Positions 37,891 through 48,212 of a stretch of 64,000 nucleotides of DNA are shown in pieces. Below the pieces are notes generated by a model. That model ran no database searches and was not told the DNA's origin. It saw nothing but the letters and a program-made list of their open reading frames with translations. How positions within the stretch are numbered: position 1 is the stretch's first letter; every line of letters begins with the position of its first letter. A program made the position numbers and the translations under genes. Origin of the DNA: a virus; IMG/VR virus record IMGVR_UViG_3300030098_003955; one strand, 5' to 3'.

Positions 37891-40379
37891 TATTGATAAC
37901 CTCTGACATATAATGTTTCTGAGCCAGTGCCACTAGCAAAAGGCTTGACAAACAATGTTGTATTCGATGTTACTGCTGCGTGACCACTTGTGGCCAGATT
38001 CATGTTACTGTTTCTTCCCAATGTTCCAAATCCATGCATTGAAGATCCACCAAAGATGTTTATATGCTTTAAGAATAAGTTCATATTGTCATTTGCACTG
38101 TAAACACCAGAGTTCCTAACCAAAAGATTTAAGCTGTTATTAACGGGCTCATTAGATCTAAGGTATAGAGGTATGTTGGAGACTGGCTGCAATCCTTTGA
38201 TAAACAACAGTCTGTAGTCTTGGAACCCAGCACCACCAACATTTGGCAGTACCATGTTCATGGCTCCACTTATACTTCCAGAAGATCTATCAGCGTTACT
38301 CAAGTAAAGAGGAGCTGTGTTGAAGAGAGAAGGAACCAAGTCCTTTCCAGCTTGCAGCATAAGATTTACACTAGCAGCCCTCGAACTAAGGACCTCGCTT
38401 CTCTTTAAGAACAGCTGTAGTGTTCTTATCTCAACACCACCAATAGTAAATAGGTTTGCGCTGTTGGATGTGTTTATAGTGGGGACGCCAGAAACATGAC
38501 CTGTGCCACTATGCCCGAGAGAGGTAAGTGGAAATGGATTGTATAATAACAAGTCCATGCTTTGGGCGGCGGTAGTAGCATTTACAAAAAGGTCTGTACT
38601 ACCACTCGAAGAAACTGCGCTAGCCCCAAATGTTTTGAGGGTTAAAGAAGGCGAAAGCTGTCCTGTATTTTGGAAATCTCCACTAGCTGTGTTGAAAGAA
38701 TAAAAACGATCATAGGAAGAAAATCTTACTTTGCTCGAATATATTTTGAACTCGCCGTCGAAGTAAGAACCAGTATCTTCATAAAATACGCTAAGGTTAA
38801 GCTTGTGCTCTTCAAAGAACTCCTTGTAGCTTAAAGACTTTCCGCCTTGGAAATATAAATCATCTGCAAGGACCCCAGAAAAAGTAACTAATTCTGGAAA
38901 TCCTGAAGGGATTAATGCTCCGCCTCTCCATCCCTTTACCTTTCTTATACCACTGACGGCAGCTGCGTTTTCTCTAAACCTAGTAGCAGAATGTGGAATG
39001 AATCGCATATTCCTCTGATAGCTATTATCGTTCTCATTTTCAAACGTAGCTAAAAGTATAGCCCCACTAGGGTGATTTGTTCTATTCTCTACATGGATGT
39101 CTATGAATACATCTTTGACTTGATGTAGATTTGCATGTGCGCTTTTTATAGGGAAAGATATTTGAGAGGAAATGGCATGGGTTGAATGACCCCAAATATC
39201 GAAAGCTCCTCCAGCGGCACCTTCTGAATTTGTGCCATCAATCTCCAGCATGACATGAGTTTTATCTTTGGCGTCAAAAGCTCTACTAAATCCAGCTTGA
39301 GCTATTGCACCACTACCCGGAGTAGTGACCTCTTCATCTATAAATGTAGGAAGAGCAAAGTGAGAATCATAAAAGCTTTTAACTTCATTAGAAGTCATAG
39401 ATCCGCTAGCAAGACCAAGCTCATCAACAAATCCAACAAAGCTATTTTCTACAATGTTAAACTCACTTCGTCCTAGAACGATGTTGGTAGTGTTGTTTCC
39501 AGCGGTTCTTGAAAATGATGGACTTCTACCTTCAAGCTGTCCATTCACATATAGCTTAAGTCTACTATCACCAGATGCGTAAGTAGTAACCATATGGATT
39601 GGGTAGGCATACTGCTCAAACTTCTTAGTACTAGTGACTACAATCGGAGTATTTGTTCCGGCGACGCTTGTGTCTGTTCTAGCAAAGAATCTACCCTCGT
39701 CATTACATCCCATAATCAAGATTGCAGGATCTTCTTTATGCTGACTAAGGAAGGTGGTGCCTGTTATATTTCCACTAGGAGTGAACTTTACATATCCAGT
39801 GAACTCTCCGCCGCCGGTCGCTGGCAAAGCAGCGCCGCTACCAAGAACGACCCTAGAATCATCCCTCAGCAATAAGGACCTTTGCTTGACTGCATTATTT
39901 CCTATTTGCTCTACTGTAGCACCAGCTTTATACCATTCAGCGTTGCCTTGGACTGTGAAGCTGACAGTACTTCCAGATCCAGAGCTACTACAAGTACCAT
40001 CGCCGAGATCGCCATCACTACTACCATCGTATGATGGAGGGCTTGCTGTACATTCAGCATGGTCAGCACACTCATCAGATTGACGACTCCATTCTCCCGG
40101 CGGTTCATTCCATTGATAACTAGCTTGATAGCTAGAGCAGTTGTCGCCCTGTGGAGCATTGCTATTAGGTGTGGATACTACAGGCTTTCCGCCACGAACA
40201 CCACTACCTTCAAAGGGTAAATATAATAAGGAGAACTTACTGTTCTTAAAGTCCCTGTCGGCACTTCCTCTCCAATATCCGTAGTCCAAGTGCGTACCGC
40301 TCGGGAAAACGGCATTGTCTTGCTTATATGCGACCTTGCCGTTTATTACCAGCGAAGCATTATTATTAATCTCTGCCAC
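37890..40379 (-). CDS. LamG / concanavalin-A-like domain virion protein
   Basis: LLYLPFEG...HMVTTY...LKLYVNGQLEG...IVLG...FVGFVDEL...EVKSFY; C-terminal repeats of the MNLFL type; GTG start. Confidence 0.75.
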   Translation of the reverse strand: MAEINNNASLVINGKVAYKQDNAVFPSGTHLDYGYWRGSADRDFKNSKFSLLYLPFEGSGVRGGKPVVSTPNSNAPQGDNCSSYQASYQWNEPPGEWSRQSDECADHAECTASPPSYDGSSDGDLGDGTCSSSGSGSTVSFTVQGNAEWYKAGATVEQIGNNAVKQRSLLLRDDSRVVLGSGAALPATGGGEFTGYVKFTPSGNITGTTFLSQHKEDPAILIMGCNDEGRFFARTDTSVAGTNTPIVVTSTKKFEQYAYPIHMVTTYASGDSRLKLYVNGQLEGRSPSFSRTAGNNTTNIVLGRSEFNIVENSFVGFVDELGLASGSMTSNEVKSFYDSHFALPTFIDEEVTTPGSGAIAQAGFSRAFDAKDKTHVMLEIDGTNSEGAAGGAFDIWGHSTHAISSQISFPIKSAHANLHQVKDVFIDIHVENRTNHPSGAILLATFENENDNSYQRNMRFIPHSATRFRENAAAVSGIRKVKGWRGGALIPSGFPELVTFSGVLADDLYFQGGKSLSYKEFFEEHKLNLSVFYEDTGSYFDGEFKIYSSKVRFSSYDRFYSFNTASGDFQNTGQLSPSLTLKTFGASAVSSSGSTDLFVNATTAAQSMDLLLYNPFPLTSLGHSGTGHVSGVPTINTSNSANLFTIGGVEIRTLQLFLKRSEVLSSRAASVNLMLQAGKDLVPSLFNTAPLYLSNADRSSGSISGAMNMVLPNVGGAGFQDYRLLFIKGLQPVSNIPLYLRSNEPVNNSLNLLVRNSGVYSANDNMNLFLKHINIFGGSSMHGFGTLGRNSNMNLATSGHAAVTSNTTLFVKPFASGTGSETLYVRGYQ

Positions 40380-40393
40380 AAGAAGGTTCCCGA

Positions 40394-43300
40394 CTAGGTT
40401 TGAACGTTAGTTTCGATTGTTTTACTGCGTCTTTTGCCAATCACCTCTGAATCTCTGCCGAGTTTAGGGAAGTGCTTCTTGAGCATTGAATTAATACCCT
40501 GTCTGACCTTACCGGCAGCTATTTCTCCAATCGCTCCCTCAGCTTCGCTCAGCCACTCAGCTCCATTGAGATGGACATCTACATTTATTGTACCACCGAC
40601 ATCCACGCTAAATCCTCCTCTAAGGACATCACTTAGTCTGTCAATTTGTACAGAGAATCTTTGTATGCTTTTGTCAAACTGAGATGCGTCTATCATCGCT
40701 ACTCCGCCGCCACTGACTGTGTCGCCGTCATGATAGTACCCATTTCCTCCACGACGCTTGGTTCCAGCACGACCCATGTTGTTTATGCTTCTTAAAGTTG
40801 AAACACCAACAGCATCTACTGCGGCTTTTCTTACAACGAACTCTCCGGGAGTAAGCATAGCTGGAACAGTGTCAGTACCTCTACGGATGAATGCTCCAGT
40901 GCTTGCGTAGATCATACCTCCTGCATATCTACTTGTTACCGATTCTGCTTGATTTCTTCTTTCCTCTGCCTTTTGGTTGGCTATGGTTTCAGCTTCTGTA
41001 CGAGCTTCCGACAATTTCTGATTTGCTTCATTTATCTCCACTTGTAAAGTATTCAGCGACCCTGTAATAGCATCAAGCGCATTGTTTGCGTTGGTCACAG
41101 CTTCTCCAAAGCTTGACATAGGACCTAATGGTATTCCTGACAGGGCTGCGCTCAATTCTTCAAAACTCATACCAGACTCAAGCATCCTATCTAAGGTATT
41201 AGCGCTAATTCCAGCAGCTAAAGCCTCTTCGCGAATTGCTGCTGCATTTCCCTCTCTCGTAGCTGTACCAGCCATGATCGAAGCTTGCAAGACATCTCCA
41301 AGCATGTCGTCATCAAACTCTCCCATATTAGCGAACCTAGTCCTGAATTCTTTGATGATTTGAGCTCCTAGCTCAGTGTCGCCAAAGGTTCTCTTCATTT
41401 GTTCTTCAATTGCTTGTGCTACTTTTTGTCTTCCTGTTTCTGTATCTACTTCTGCATCGCTCAAGCCAAAGAACTGACCTATTCTATCAATAATCTGAGT
41501 TGTTCCTCCCTCGTCTACTAAGTCTTCCATTTTTAATCCAAACTCTTCACCAAAGAACTTGAATAAGTTTTGAGAGGCTCCAATTCCTGTAGCGTCAGAG
41601 TCTTCTAGATTTCTAATTCCTTTTATCATGTCCCTTTCTTCTGCCGTCATTCCAGAAGTACCAATTCTTTTTATTAAATTCCTTCCGCTCTCTGTGTTAA
41701 TCTTGTCAAATTCAGCTGTAGTTAGTTTGAAGTCACTTCTAATCTTATTGGCCGCATCCCGATTGGACTCCGCAGCTTTCAAATTTACCTCAGCGGTTCG
41801 TTGTTCTTGTTCTAGCCTTCCCTTCTGAGCCTCTAGCATAATCTTCTTGAGCTCTGCTAAAAACGTAGCATTTTGGTTAGCTATGACTTTATTCATATCA
41901 TCAAGAGCTTGTCCTTGTAGCTCTGCTAATATCTTCGCAGCTTCTTCCCTATCTTTGAGGACATCTCTGATTTCCCTCATGATGTCAACTTCTGTCTTAG
42001 AAGCTTCAAACAAAGCCTTGGCTTGACTTTCAAGCATGGCAGGATCAGCTTGTCCTGCATACCTTCTTTGGAACTCAGAGATCATGAGCTGTTCAGCTTC
42101 TTTGCCTTTGCCTTGAGCTCTCAGGAAGCCAATTACATCTTTTTGTCTTTCTCTAGAAAGTCCAGCCAGACTTCCTGTTTCTTGAGTTCTTCTTGTGGCA
42201 AGAGCAGTCCTGATAGCCCTATTTGAACTACTAGCATCACCAAACATGATGTCTTCTGCCATCGAGCCTTTTGCTTCTCTTTCTTTTCTAGCTTTAGAAA
42301 GACGTTCTTGTAGCTGGGCCAGCAGTTCTGTGGAGCTCTTATAATTTTCTAAAACCTGAGTAAGACTTTGGAACTCACTTCTTAAGGTCTCTGACTCATC
42401 TAGAAGTGCTCTTTGTTCTCTTATCTGGTCTACATTTAATCCGCCGCCTTGGTCTGATTGCAGTTGCGCAAGTTCATTAAGCCTGTTAGCTATTTCTCTC
42501 ATCCTGTCTCTGTTTGCTCCAGCGGCAGCTCCAACAGAGGAAAGACCGGCGCCAGAACCAAGACGAGTATTTGATAGCAAAACATTCTGTCTTCTCTCAA
42601 AATCTGCTTGAGGTTGTCCAGCAGCAATCGAGCCTCCAGTCATTTCTCTTATTATTTTTGCATTGTCTTGCTGTACGCTTACGACTGCTCCAAGCGCCTT
42701 AATATATTTTTGCTCAAGGTCAGTCCTTTTCTTAAGTGCCTGAGCTAACTGTGCGTTCTGTTTGCTGATTATCTCTCTCATTGTATTAAAGAGATCTACT
42801 GCTATAGTTCCGGGCAATCCTTCTATTAACTTTTTAGTAGCACCTTCTATGTCAGCATCTACAAACTCTTTCAGCGTTTTCTTTGCTCCGTCTGCGTCAT
42901 TAGCCATGTTGCCAAGCTTAGCACTAAACGCATCTAGCTGAGCCTGAACCTCTGGAAGGCTTATGTCAATTCCTGCTTTTTTAAGTCTCTCTTCTAACTT
43001 TTTCCGAACGACATCTTCAATTTCTTCACCTTCACCAAGCTGGGTAAGAGAAGCATCTGAAATTATATTTTGCAAGTCTGACTGAACAACATCAGCTATA
43101 CCAGCAGTGACACCGGCGGCAGTTCCTATGCCGCCCATGACGGAGGCGCCTCCAATCGTAGAGGTGGCCTGAAAGCCTGCCATTATACCGGCGCTTTGTC
43201 CAATCATTCCACGCTTGGTAACATCTAATTTGACAAACTTACCTAAAGAAAGAGAAGCGTTATCGGCAGTTGCACTTAAGTTGTCCAGTGCGGTTTTCTG

Positions 43301-46300
43301 TATGTCTAGTGACTTGGAATAATTTTCTAAAGCTGAGAATAGATAGTTCATACTAGACCTAAGAGTGTTCATCTTAGCTATAGTATCTGCCATGTCTTTC
43401 GTTCGTTGGTTTGCTAAGGCTTGGGCTTTTATCTGATCCATATACTGCTTTTTAAGCCTATGGAATGGTATGCCCTGCATCAATGCAAGTTGTCTAACTG
43501 CATTTTCGGCATTAGTCGCAAACAAAGCTTGAGCCTCTGCGGCAGTACGACCGCCACTTGCAACATCTTTTACTAATTTATCTAGACCAGCAACAGTCCC
43601 CTTGATGACTTCAGTTCTGGCTTTCAGTGCATTCTGTCTGTCCTCATCATTAGTTACCTGATATAGTCTTTCAGCTGTACCAGCCAAAGTTCGACCAGCT
43701 TGTACTACGTAAGAGCCTGCCTCTATTCCACCAGCTTCAAAAGCTTTGGTAGCTGAGTTAAACGCATTTATCATAGAGTCAAATTTGAATTTATTTTTAG
43801 CGGCATTAATTTTTTCTGCTACCGTGCTAGCAAAATTCGCAAGCTCTGCAAGAGCCATGATCCAACCAACTGGACCCATAAAGGCAAAGATAAGAACCTT
43901 GAGTCCCGTCTTGATCGCCTCGCCCACTTTAACCATAGTTTCGGCTTGCATTTGAATGCCTAAGAAGGTGCTTGTTGTCTGCCCTTCTTCTAAAGCTTTC
44001 TGTCCTTTTTTGGACATCTTACTACCAGCCGCATAAAGAGCAGCAAAAGCTATAACAGCAGCTCCAACCCCAGCAGCTAATCCGATTAATGGCCCGACTG
44101 CCCCAGCAGCAGCAGATGTGAATGCACTGCCAGCCTTTGTCAGCCCTGAGCCGAGCGGCCCTAAACCTTTACCAAAGTTCGACATCTTAGTGCCAACATT
44201 AGTAAGGCCTCTACCAATTGAGGTAAATTTTTTGCTCAAGGCTACGGCTGCTGGATTAGCTGCCATAGCAGCGCTCGGTGCGGCTGCTCCCCCTGCCAGA
44301 CCTGCCATTGACTGATGTTTCATTGCCGTCAAAAAGCCAGTTTTTCCACCGAACTTACCGCTAAGCGCACTCGCTATAGCCTCTTTCTGCTTCGCGACAA
44401 TTAACAAGCCTGTGGCAATTCCGAGAGCTCCAAACAACTTAATGTTTTCAGCAATCGACTCATTTTGGCCAGATATACTGTCAACTACATTAGAGGCACT
44501 ATCTGCCAGAGCTTGGAGAACAGCAGGCAACATAGTGAAAATAAATAACGCATTGGTGAGCTTACCCATCATTCCACCAATGCCACCCGTACCACCACCA
44601 ACAGGTCCAGCACTTCCAGTATTGAATCCAACAATACCACCTTTATTGAACCTAGCAGCTCCATGCCTGTTCATTCGTGAAAGGTTGCCATAGCCAATAC
44701 TTTTAGCGGACTTTGCATTGACTACAAATTCGCCGGGAGTCAAAAGGGCAGGGACGCTATCAGAGCCATAGATACCACCACCTGTATTTTTTGTTTTCCT
44801 TTTTGATCTTAGTGCGGTCGTTCGACGTTGAATTGCGCTTCTAAAAAGACCTTGATTGACCCCTTTTTTAATAACATCTTGTGCAGCTTTGTTGGTGCCG
44901 GAAAGCTTGATGTCTGTATAGGGCTGTATGTCCTCCTTAGTGTATTGGCCTAGTGAGGCATTAATAAGGTCAAAGTCTCTATTTCCCGGTTTGTCGGCTT
45001 TTGAAATAGCAATAACGTAGTCTTCAAATAACTGACCCATACCTTGGCTAAATTTTTTGCCCATGGTAAGGCCCATAGCATTGCCTTTGGCTCTTTTAGA
45101 ACTCTTGCTTAATTTTTTTCTACTTTTTATGACAGTGCTTTCTATTGGGTCTTCTGCCATTTTTTTGAAGCCTTCGCTTCTTGTGAATTGAGATACATCC
45201 ACTGGGGCAGTAAACCTAGTCGCGGGAGCAAGTGTTTTAAGTCTTTTTATAGCAGTAGTTTGTCTGACTTTATCAATCGAAACACTTGACTTATTAAAGT
45301 CTCTAGGGTCGCCATCTCCTGTCTTACGAATAAGCATCCCAAGGCTGTCATTCAATTTTACTTTGTTACCAGCGCTGTACTTGTTCATAGCATGAAGACG
45401 CTCAGTGCCTATCGACTGAACGGCACTCTTTCTAAGAACAAACTCTCCGGGAGTTAAGACTGCTGGAACGCTATCAGTGTTGCCACTTCCGGGAACGACG
45501 CCACCCCTATTAAACCCAAGCATCTTCCCGAAGCCTTTAGCCGCAAATCTACCAGCCATACCTACAGCAAGCATACCAATGACAGGTATCAAAGGACTAA
45601 GAGCATCAGCAACTTTGATAGCCGCATTGGCTATCTTAATCATCATGTCTACAAAGACTTGGAATCCTTTAGTCGCAGTGATTGTTCTAAAGAGTTCCTT
45701 GACTGTTTCTGTTAGTCTTTGCATCCTAACTATGGTAGCCTTCTGGGCTGTCTGCGCGTCCCTATCTAAAGAACCAGACTCGGCCATGGCAACAGCTCTA
45801 GCTTTCTCCGCTTCAGAGAATTGCTGAATCATAGGGATAACTTTAGAAACCTGACGGAAACCACCAAGTTGTTCAATAATCATTGAATACCTGATGTCTC
45901 TAGGATCTAAAGAAGCCAAAGCAGCATTAAGCCTTCTAACAGCGTCATAAGAACCAACAAACTTTCCGTCAAGACCTTGAAGCTCAACCCCAAATTGCCT
46001 CAAGAATTTAATTGTTGTCGGTCTCTGTAAACGTGTAAAGATAGTCCTAAAACCAGTAGCAATGGTTTCAGCAGTTTCACGAGTGGTCGAACGCACGGAT
46101 GTGAATAAAGCTATGAGCTCTTCTACACTACCGCCAGCAGCTCTAAATGCACCACCAGCACGCTTGATAGCAGTACCAATGTCAGATGCCTCAACAGCAA
46201 ATTGACCAGCCACAGCATTAATCTGCCCAAGAACTCTATCAAGGCCAGATGCTTCAATTTTGAATTGCCTCATTACGGCAACCGCAGTTTCAGCTGTATT

Positions 46301-46858
46301 TTTAATATCATCAAAAGTAGGTGCTAGCGTTGTTTTGGCCAAAGCTTGCATCGCTATTCTGGTATCGTTTGCACTTAAACCAGTTTGCGCCAAAATTCTA
46401 GTGACATCTACTAATGAGGATGACGAAACCCCAAGACCTGTACTTATATCACTAATGGATTTTTGTAGACCTTGCAGTTGTTTTACACTTTTGCCCGTAA
46501 CCTGAGAGACTTTTATCATTTGTCTCTCAAATTGAAGTGCTGCACTAGTGGCATCAGAGATACCTCTAGTCATAATTCTTATTGCGGCGTATGCTAATTG
46601 AGTTCTAAGAGCGTAGAAAACAGCACCCTTAAGCTGTTTGCCAAACTTGTTCATCGCTCCCGCTGCTTGATTTGCCTGCTTAGCTACGTTGGAAGTTTGG
46701 TTAGCGGTGTTCTTTAATTGCTGATTAGCCTTACCAGAATTGACGTTTACATTTACATTTAACTGATTTTGCAATTGCTGTCTAATTTGCGTTGCAAATC
46801 TAGTTAATTGAGGTGCTTGGAAATTCACCTGTGCTGTCAATTGAAATGGTTGCGCCAT
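40394..46858 (-). CDS. Phage tail tape measure protein (TP901-like core)
   Basis: FERQMIKVSQVTG, LAQTGLSA, INAVAGQFAV, TRETAETIATGFRTIFTRL, LGGFRQ; hydrophobic Ala/Gly segments, long coiled coils, three D[ST]VPAxLTPGEFV repeats; follows tube and chaperones. Confidence 0.92.
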   Translation of the reverse strand: MAQPFQLTAQVNFQAPQLTRFATQIRQQLQNQLNVNVNVNSGKANQQLKNTANQTSNVAKQANQAAGAMNKFGKQLKGAVFYALRTQLAYAAIRIMTRGISDATSAALQFERQMIKVSQVTGKSVKQLQGLQKSISDISTGLGVSSSSLVDVTRILAQTGLSANDTRIAMQALAKTTLAPTFDDIKNTAETAVAVMRQFKIEASGLDRVLGQINAVAGQFAVEASDIGTAIKRAGGAFRAAGGSVEELIALFTSVRSTTRETAETIATGFRTIFTRLQRPTTIKFLRQFGVELQGLDGKFVGSYDAVRRLNAALASLDPRDIRYSMIIEQLGGFRQVSKVIPMIQQFSEAEKARAVAMAESGSLDRDAQTAQKATIVRMQRLTETVKELFRTITATKGFQVFVDMMIKIANAAIKVADALSPLIPVIGMLAVGMAGRFAAKGFGKMLGFNRGGVVPGSGNTDSVPAVLTPGEFVLRKSAVQSIGTERLHAMNKYSAGNKVKLNDSLGMLIRKTGDGDPRDFNKSSVSIDKVRQTTAIKRLKTLAPATRFTAPVDVSQFTRSEGFKKMAEDPIESTVIKSRKKLSKSSKRAKGNAMGLTMGKKFSQGMGQLFEDYVIAISKADKPGNRDFDLINASLGQYTKEDIQPYTDIKLSGTNKAAQDVIKKGVNQGLFRSAIQRRTTALRSKRKTKNTGGGIYGSDSVPALLTPGEFVVNAKSAKSIGYGNLSRMNRHGAARFNKGGIVGFNTGSAGPVGGGTGGIGGMMGKLTNALFIFTMLPAVLQALADSASNVVDSISGQNESIAENIKLFGALGIATGLLIVAKQKEAIASALSGKFGGKTGFLTAMKHQSMAGLAGGAAAPSAAMAANPAAVALSKKFTSIGRGLTNVGTKMSNFGKGLGPLGSGLTKAGSAFTSAAAGAVGPLIGLAAGVGAAVIAFAALYAAGSKMSKKGQKALEEGQTTSTFLGIQMQAETMVKVGEAIKTGLKVLIFAFMGPVGWIMALAELANFASTVAEKINAAKNKFKFDSMINAFNSATKAFEAGGIEAGSYVVQAGRTLAGTAERLYQVTNDEDRQNALKARTEVIKGTVAGLDKLVKDVASGGRTAAEAQALFATNAENAVRQLALMQGIPFHRLKKQYMDQIKAQALANQRTKDMADTIAKMNTLRSSMNYLFSALENYSKSLDIQKTALDNLSATADNASLSLGKFVKLDVTKRGMIGQSAGIMAGFQATSTIGGASVMGGIGTAAGVTAGIADVVQSDLQNIISDASLTQLGEGEEIEDVVRKKLEERLKKAGIDISLPEVQAQLDAFSAKLGNMANDADGAKKTLKEFVDADIEGATKKLIEGLPGTIAVDLFNTMREIISKQNAQLAQALKKRTDLEQKYIKALGAVVSVQQDNAKIIREMTGGSIAAGQPQADFERRQNVLLSNTRLGSGAGLSSVGAAAGANRDRMREIANRLNELAQLQSDQGGGLNVDQIREQRALLDESETLRSEFQSLTQVLENYKSSTELLAQLQERLSKARKEREAKGSMAEDIMFGDASSSNRAIRTALATRRTQETGSLAGLSRERQKDVIGFLRAQGKGKEAEQLMISEFQRRYAGQADPAMLESQAKALFEASKTEVDIMREIRDVLKDREEAAKILAELQGQALDDMNKVIANQNATFLAELKKIMLEAQKGRLEQEQRTAEVNLKAAESNRDAANKIRSDFKLTTAEFDKINTESGRNLIKRIGTSGMTAEERDMIKGIRNLEDSDATGIGASQNLFKFFGEEFGLKMEDLVDEGGTTQIIDRIGQFFGLSDAEVDTETGRQKVAQAIEEQMKRTFGDTELGAQIIKEFRTRFANMGEFDDDMLGDVLQASIMAGTATREGNAAAIREEALAAGISANTLDRMLESGMSFEELSAALSGIPLGPMSSFGEAVTNANNALDAITGSLNTLQVEINEANQKLSEARTEAETIANQKAEERRNQAESVTSRYAGGMIYASTGAFIRRGTDTVPAMLTPGEFVVRKAAVDAVGVSTLRSINNMGRAGTKRRGGNGYYHDGDTVSGGGVAMIDASQFDKSIQRFSVQIDRLSDVLRGGFSVDVGGTINVDVHLNGAEWLSEAEGAIGEIAAGKVRQGINSMLKKHFPKLGRDSEVIGKRRSKTIETNVQT
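40815..45516 (-). repeat. Three copies of the peptide repeat D[ST]VPA[VLM]LTPGEFV within the TMP (about 45420-45516, 44705-44790, 40815-40930)
   Basis: TDSVPAVLTPGEFVLRKSAV; SDSVPALLTPGEFVVNAKSA; TDTVPAMLTPGEFVVRKAAV. Confidence 0.9.
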
Positions 46859-46869
46859 CTTACACCTCT

Positions 46870-46920
46870 AAAAAAAATGGGCATACCGATAGCGCAGTTA
46901 ACTCGCTAACGATATACCCA
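46870..46920 (-). terminator. Long-stem intrinsic terminator/attenuator between chaperone and TMP
   Basis: Minus strand TGGGTATATCGTTAGCG...CGCTATCGGTATGCCCA (about 16 bp with G-U pairs and one mismatch) followed by T8. Confidence 0.75.
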
Positions 46921-46933
46921 CTTTCCAAGTTTA

Positions 46934-47842
46934 CTATTCGGGATTATTTGTTGCCGTCTTTTTAGGAGGACGACCTCTCCTTTTCTTAGGTTCCTTTATC
47001 TCCGTCTCCTCTGCTTCAGCTTCAGCTTCAGCTTCTTCTGAGTTTGGAGGCGTAACTTCTTTTCCATCTTCATCTAGAAATGGAACAAAGTCCATCTTGT
47101 AACGAAGCTTGTCATCTAATTCAATACCGTCGTGAGAAAGAAGCTTTCCATCTTCATCTACTCGATATCCAAGCTCGTTCACCCTTTCTCCATCTCTGTT
47201 GACTAAATTGCCATCCTCATCAATCAACCTTAGTTCGTCATCTACAAACTTGTAATCTGAAAGGAAAGTATTCTCAGGTAAATTCTTTTCAAAGTTTGCG
47301 TCCAAGCCGTATAGCCGTTCGGCTAAAACTCTAGCGGCTTCAACTACATAAGGAGTTCCTGTGTCGTTTTCATAGTCTTCTTGGCTTTCAAATAGTTTTT
47401 CACCATTCTCATCAAGAATACATGCAAAGCAAAGATAATTAAATCTAGCATTGTCCGCTTGTCCTTCTGCGGTACTGCTATCCATCTGTGTACGTTCTGC
47501 AATGAGATTCCTAAACTCGGCTCTTGAGTCCCTCATCTCTAATGCTATTTGTTTTGCTTCAGAAAGCTTAATACCACCTGAAGCAATCTTTTTCTCGTTA
47601 TCATTGATGCTTGTGAGTATTTCTTGGTATCTGGTTTCTTTTTCTTGACTCCAAACACCTTGCTCAATTAAAACATCATCGAGTTTTCTTCTCAACACAG
47701 CGCCTGACTGTATTGCGTCTCTAAAAGTTCTGTTGTAAGCTAGCTGTGATTCTTTAGATACTTTGGAATTTGGCAACTGAATATATACAGTTACCTTCTT
47801 TCCATCATTATCATTAGATTCGACCTTAATTCGTTCCGGCAT
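46934..47842 (-). CDS. Putative tail assembly chaperone with a C-terminal AT-hook-like motif
   Basis: Immediately upstream of TMP; acidic and helical; DEDG repeats; KKRRGRPPKK. AGGAG spacing favours ATG 47842 over 47848. Confidence 0.6.
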   Translation of the reverse strand: MPERIKVESNDNDGKKVTVYIQLPNSKVSKESQLAYNRTFRDAIQSGAVLRRKLDDVLIEQGVWSQEKETRYQEILTSINDNEKKIASGGIKLSEAKQIALEMRDSRAEFRNLIAERTQMDSSTAEGQADNARFNYLCFACILDENGEKLFESQEDYENDTGTPYVVEAARVLAERLYGLDANFEKNLPENTFLSDYKFVDDELRLIDEDGNLVNRDGERVNELGYRVDEDGKLLSHDGIELDDKLRYKMDFVPFLDEDGKEVTPPNSEEAEAEAEAEETEIKEPKKRRGRPPKKTATNNPE

Positions 47843-48212
47843 CTTCATCTCCTTCTAAACTTTTAACTGGGATAGTCATCTCATATCTACGCCAGTTAAT
47901 ATCATAATTAGCAAATTCTCCTTCTAAGTTCCTAGACTGGTTGTTACCCTTGTCTAAAATCTCAGACCTTATTTGAGAGAACTGTTCTCTCATATGTTCC
48001 TGCTCTGGAGTTAAGGCTTCTTCTGAGCCGTAGCCCCACAGAAAACCAAAATGTTTTTCTATGATACTAAGAGCGCCTATCATAGTTGTCTCAATTTTCT
48101 TTTGAGAGATTTTGAGAAGGCGGTCTTTTGAAATTTGCTTGTATCTTTCCTCTCTTGTTTCCTTGTAGTCTTTAGACTTTCTTATTAAGTCTTGATACTT
48201 TTCCATATCCAT
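47826..48212 (-). CDS. Hypothetical protein (tail assembly region)
   Basis: 128-aa coupled ORF between tube and TMP. Confidence 0.7.
   Translation of the reverse strand: MDMEKYQDLIRKSKDYKETREERYKQISKDRLLKISQKKIETTMIGALSIIEKHFGFLWGYGSEEALTPEQEHMREQFSQIRSEILDKGNNQSRNLEGEFANYDINWRRYEMTIPVKSLEGDEDAGTN

Noticed and set aside
47010-47040. (TTCAGC)n short tandem repeat
   Set aside because: It is an in-frame hexamer encoding an EAEAEA linker, with no phase-variation potential.
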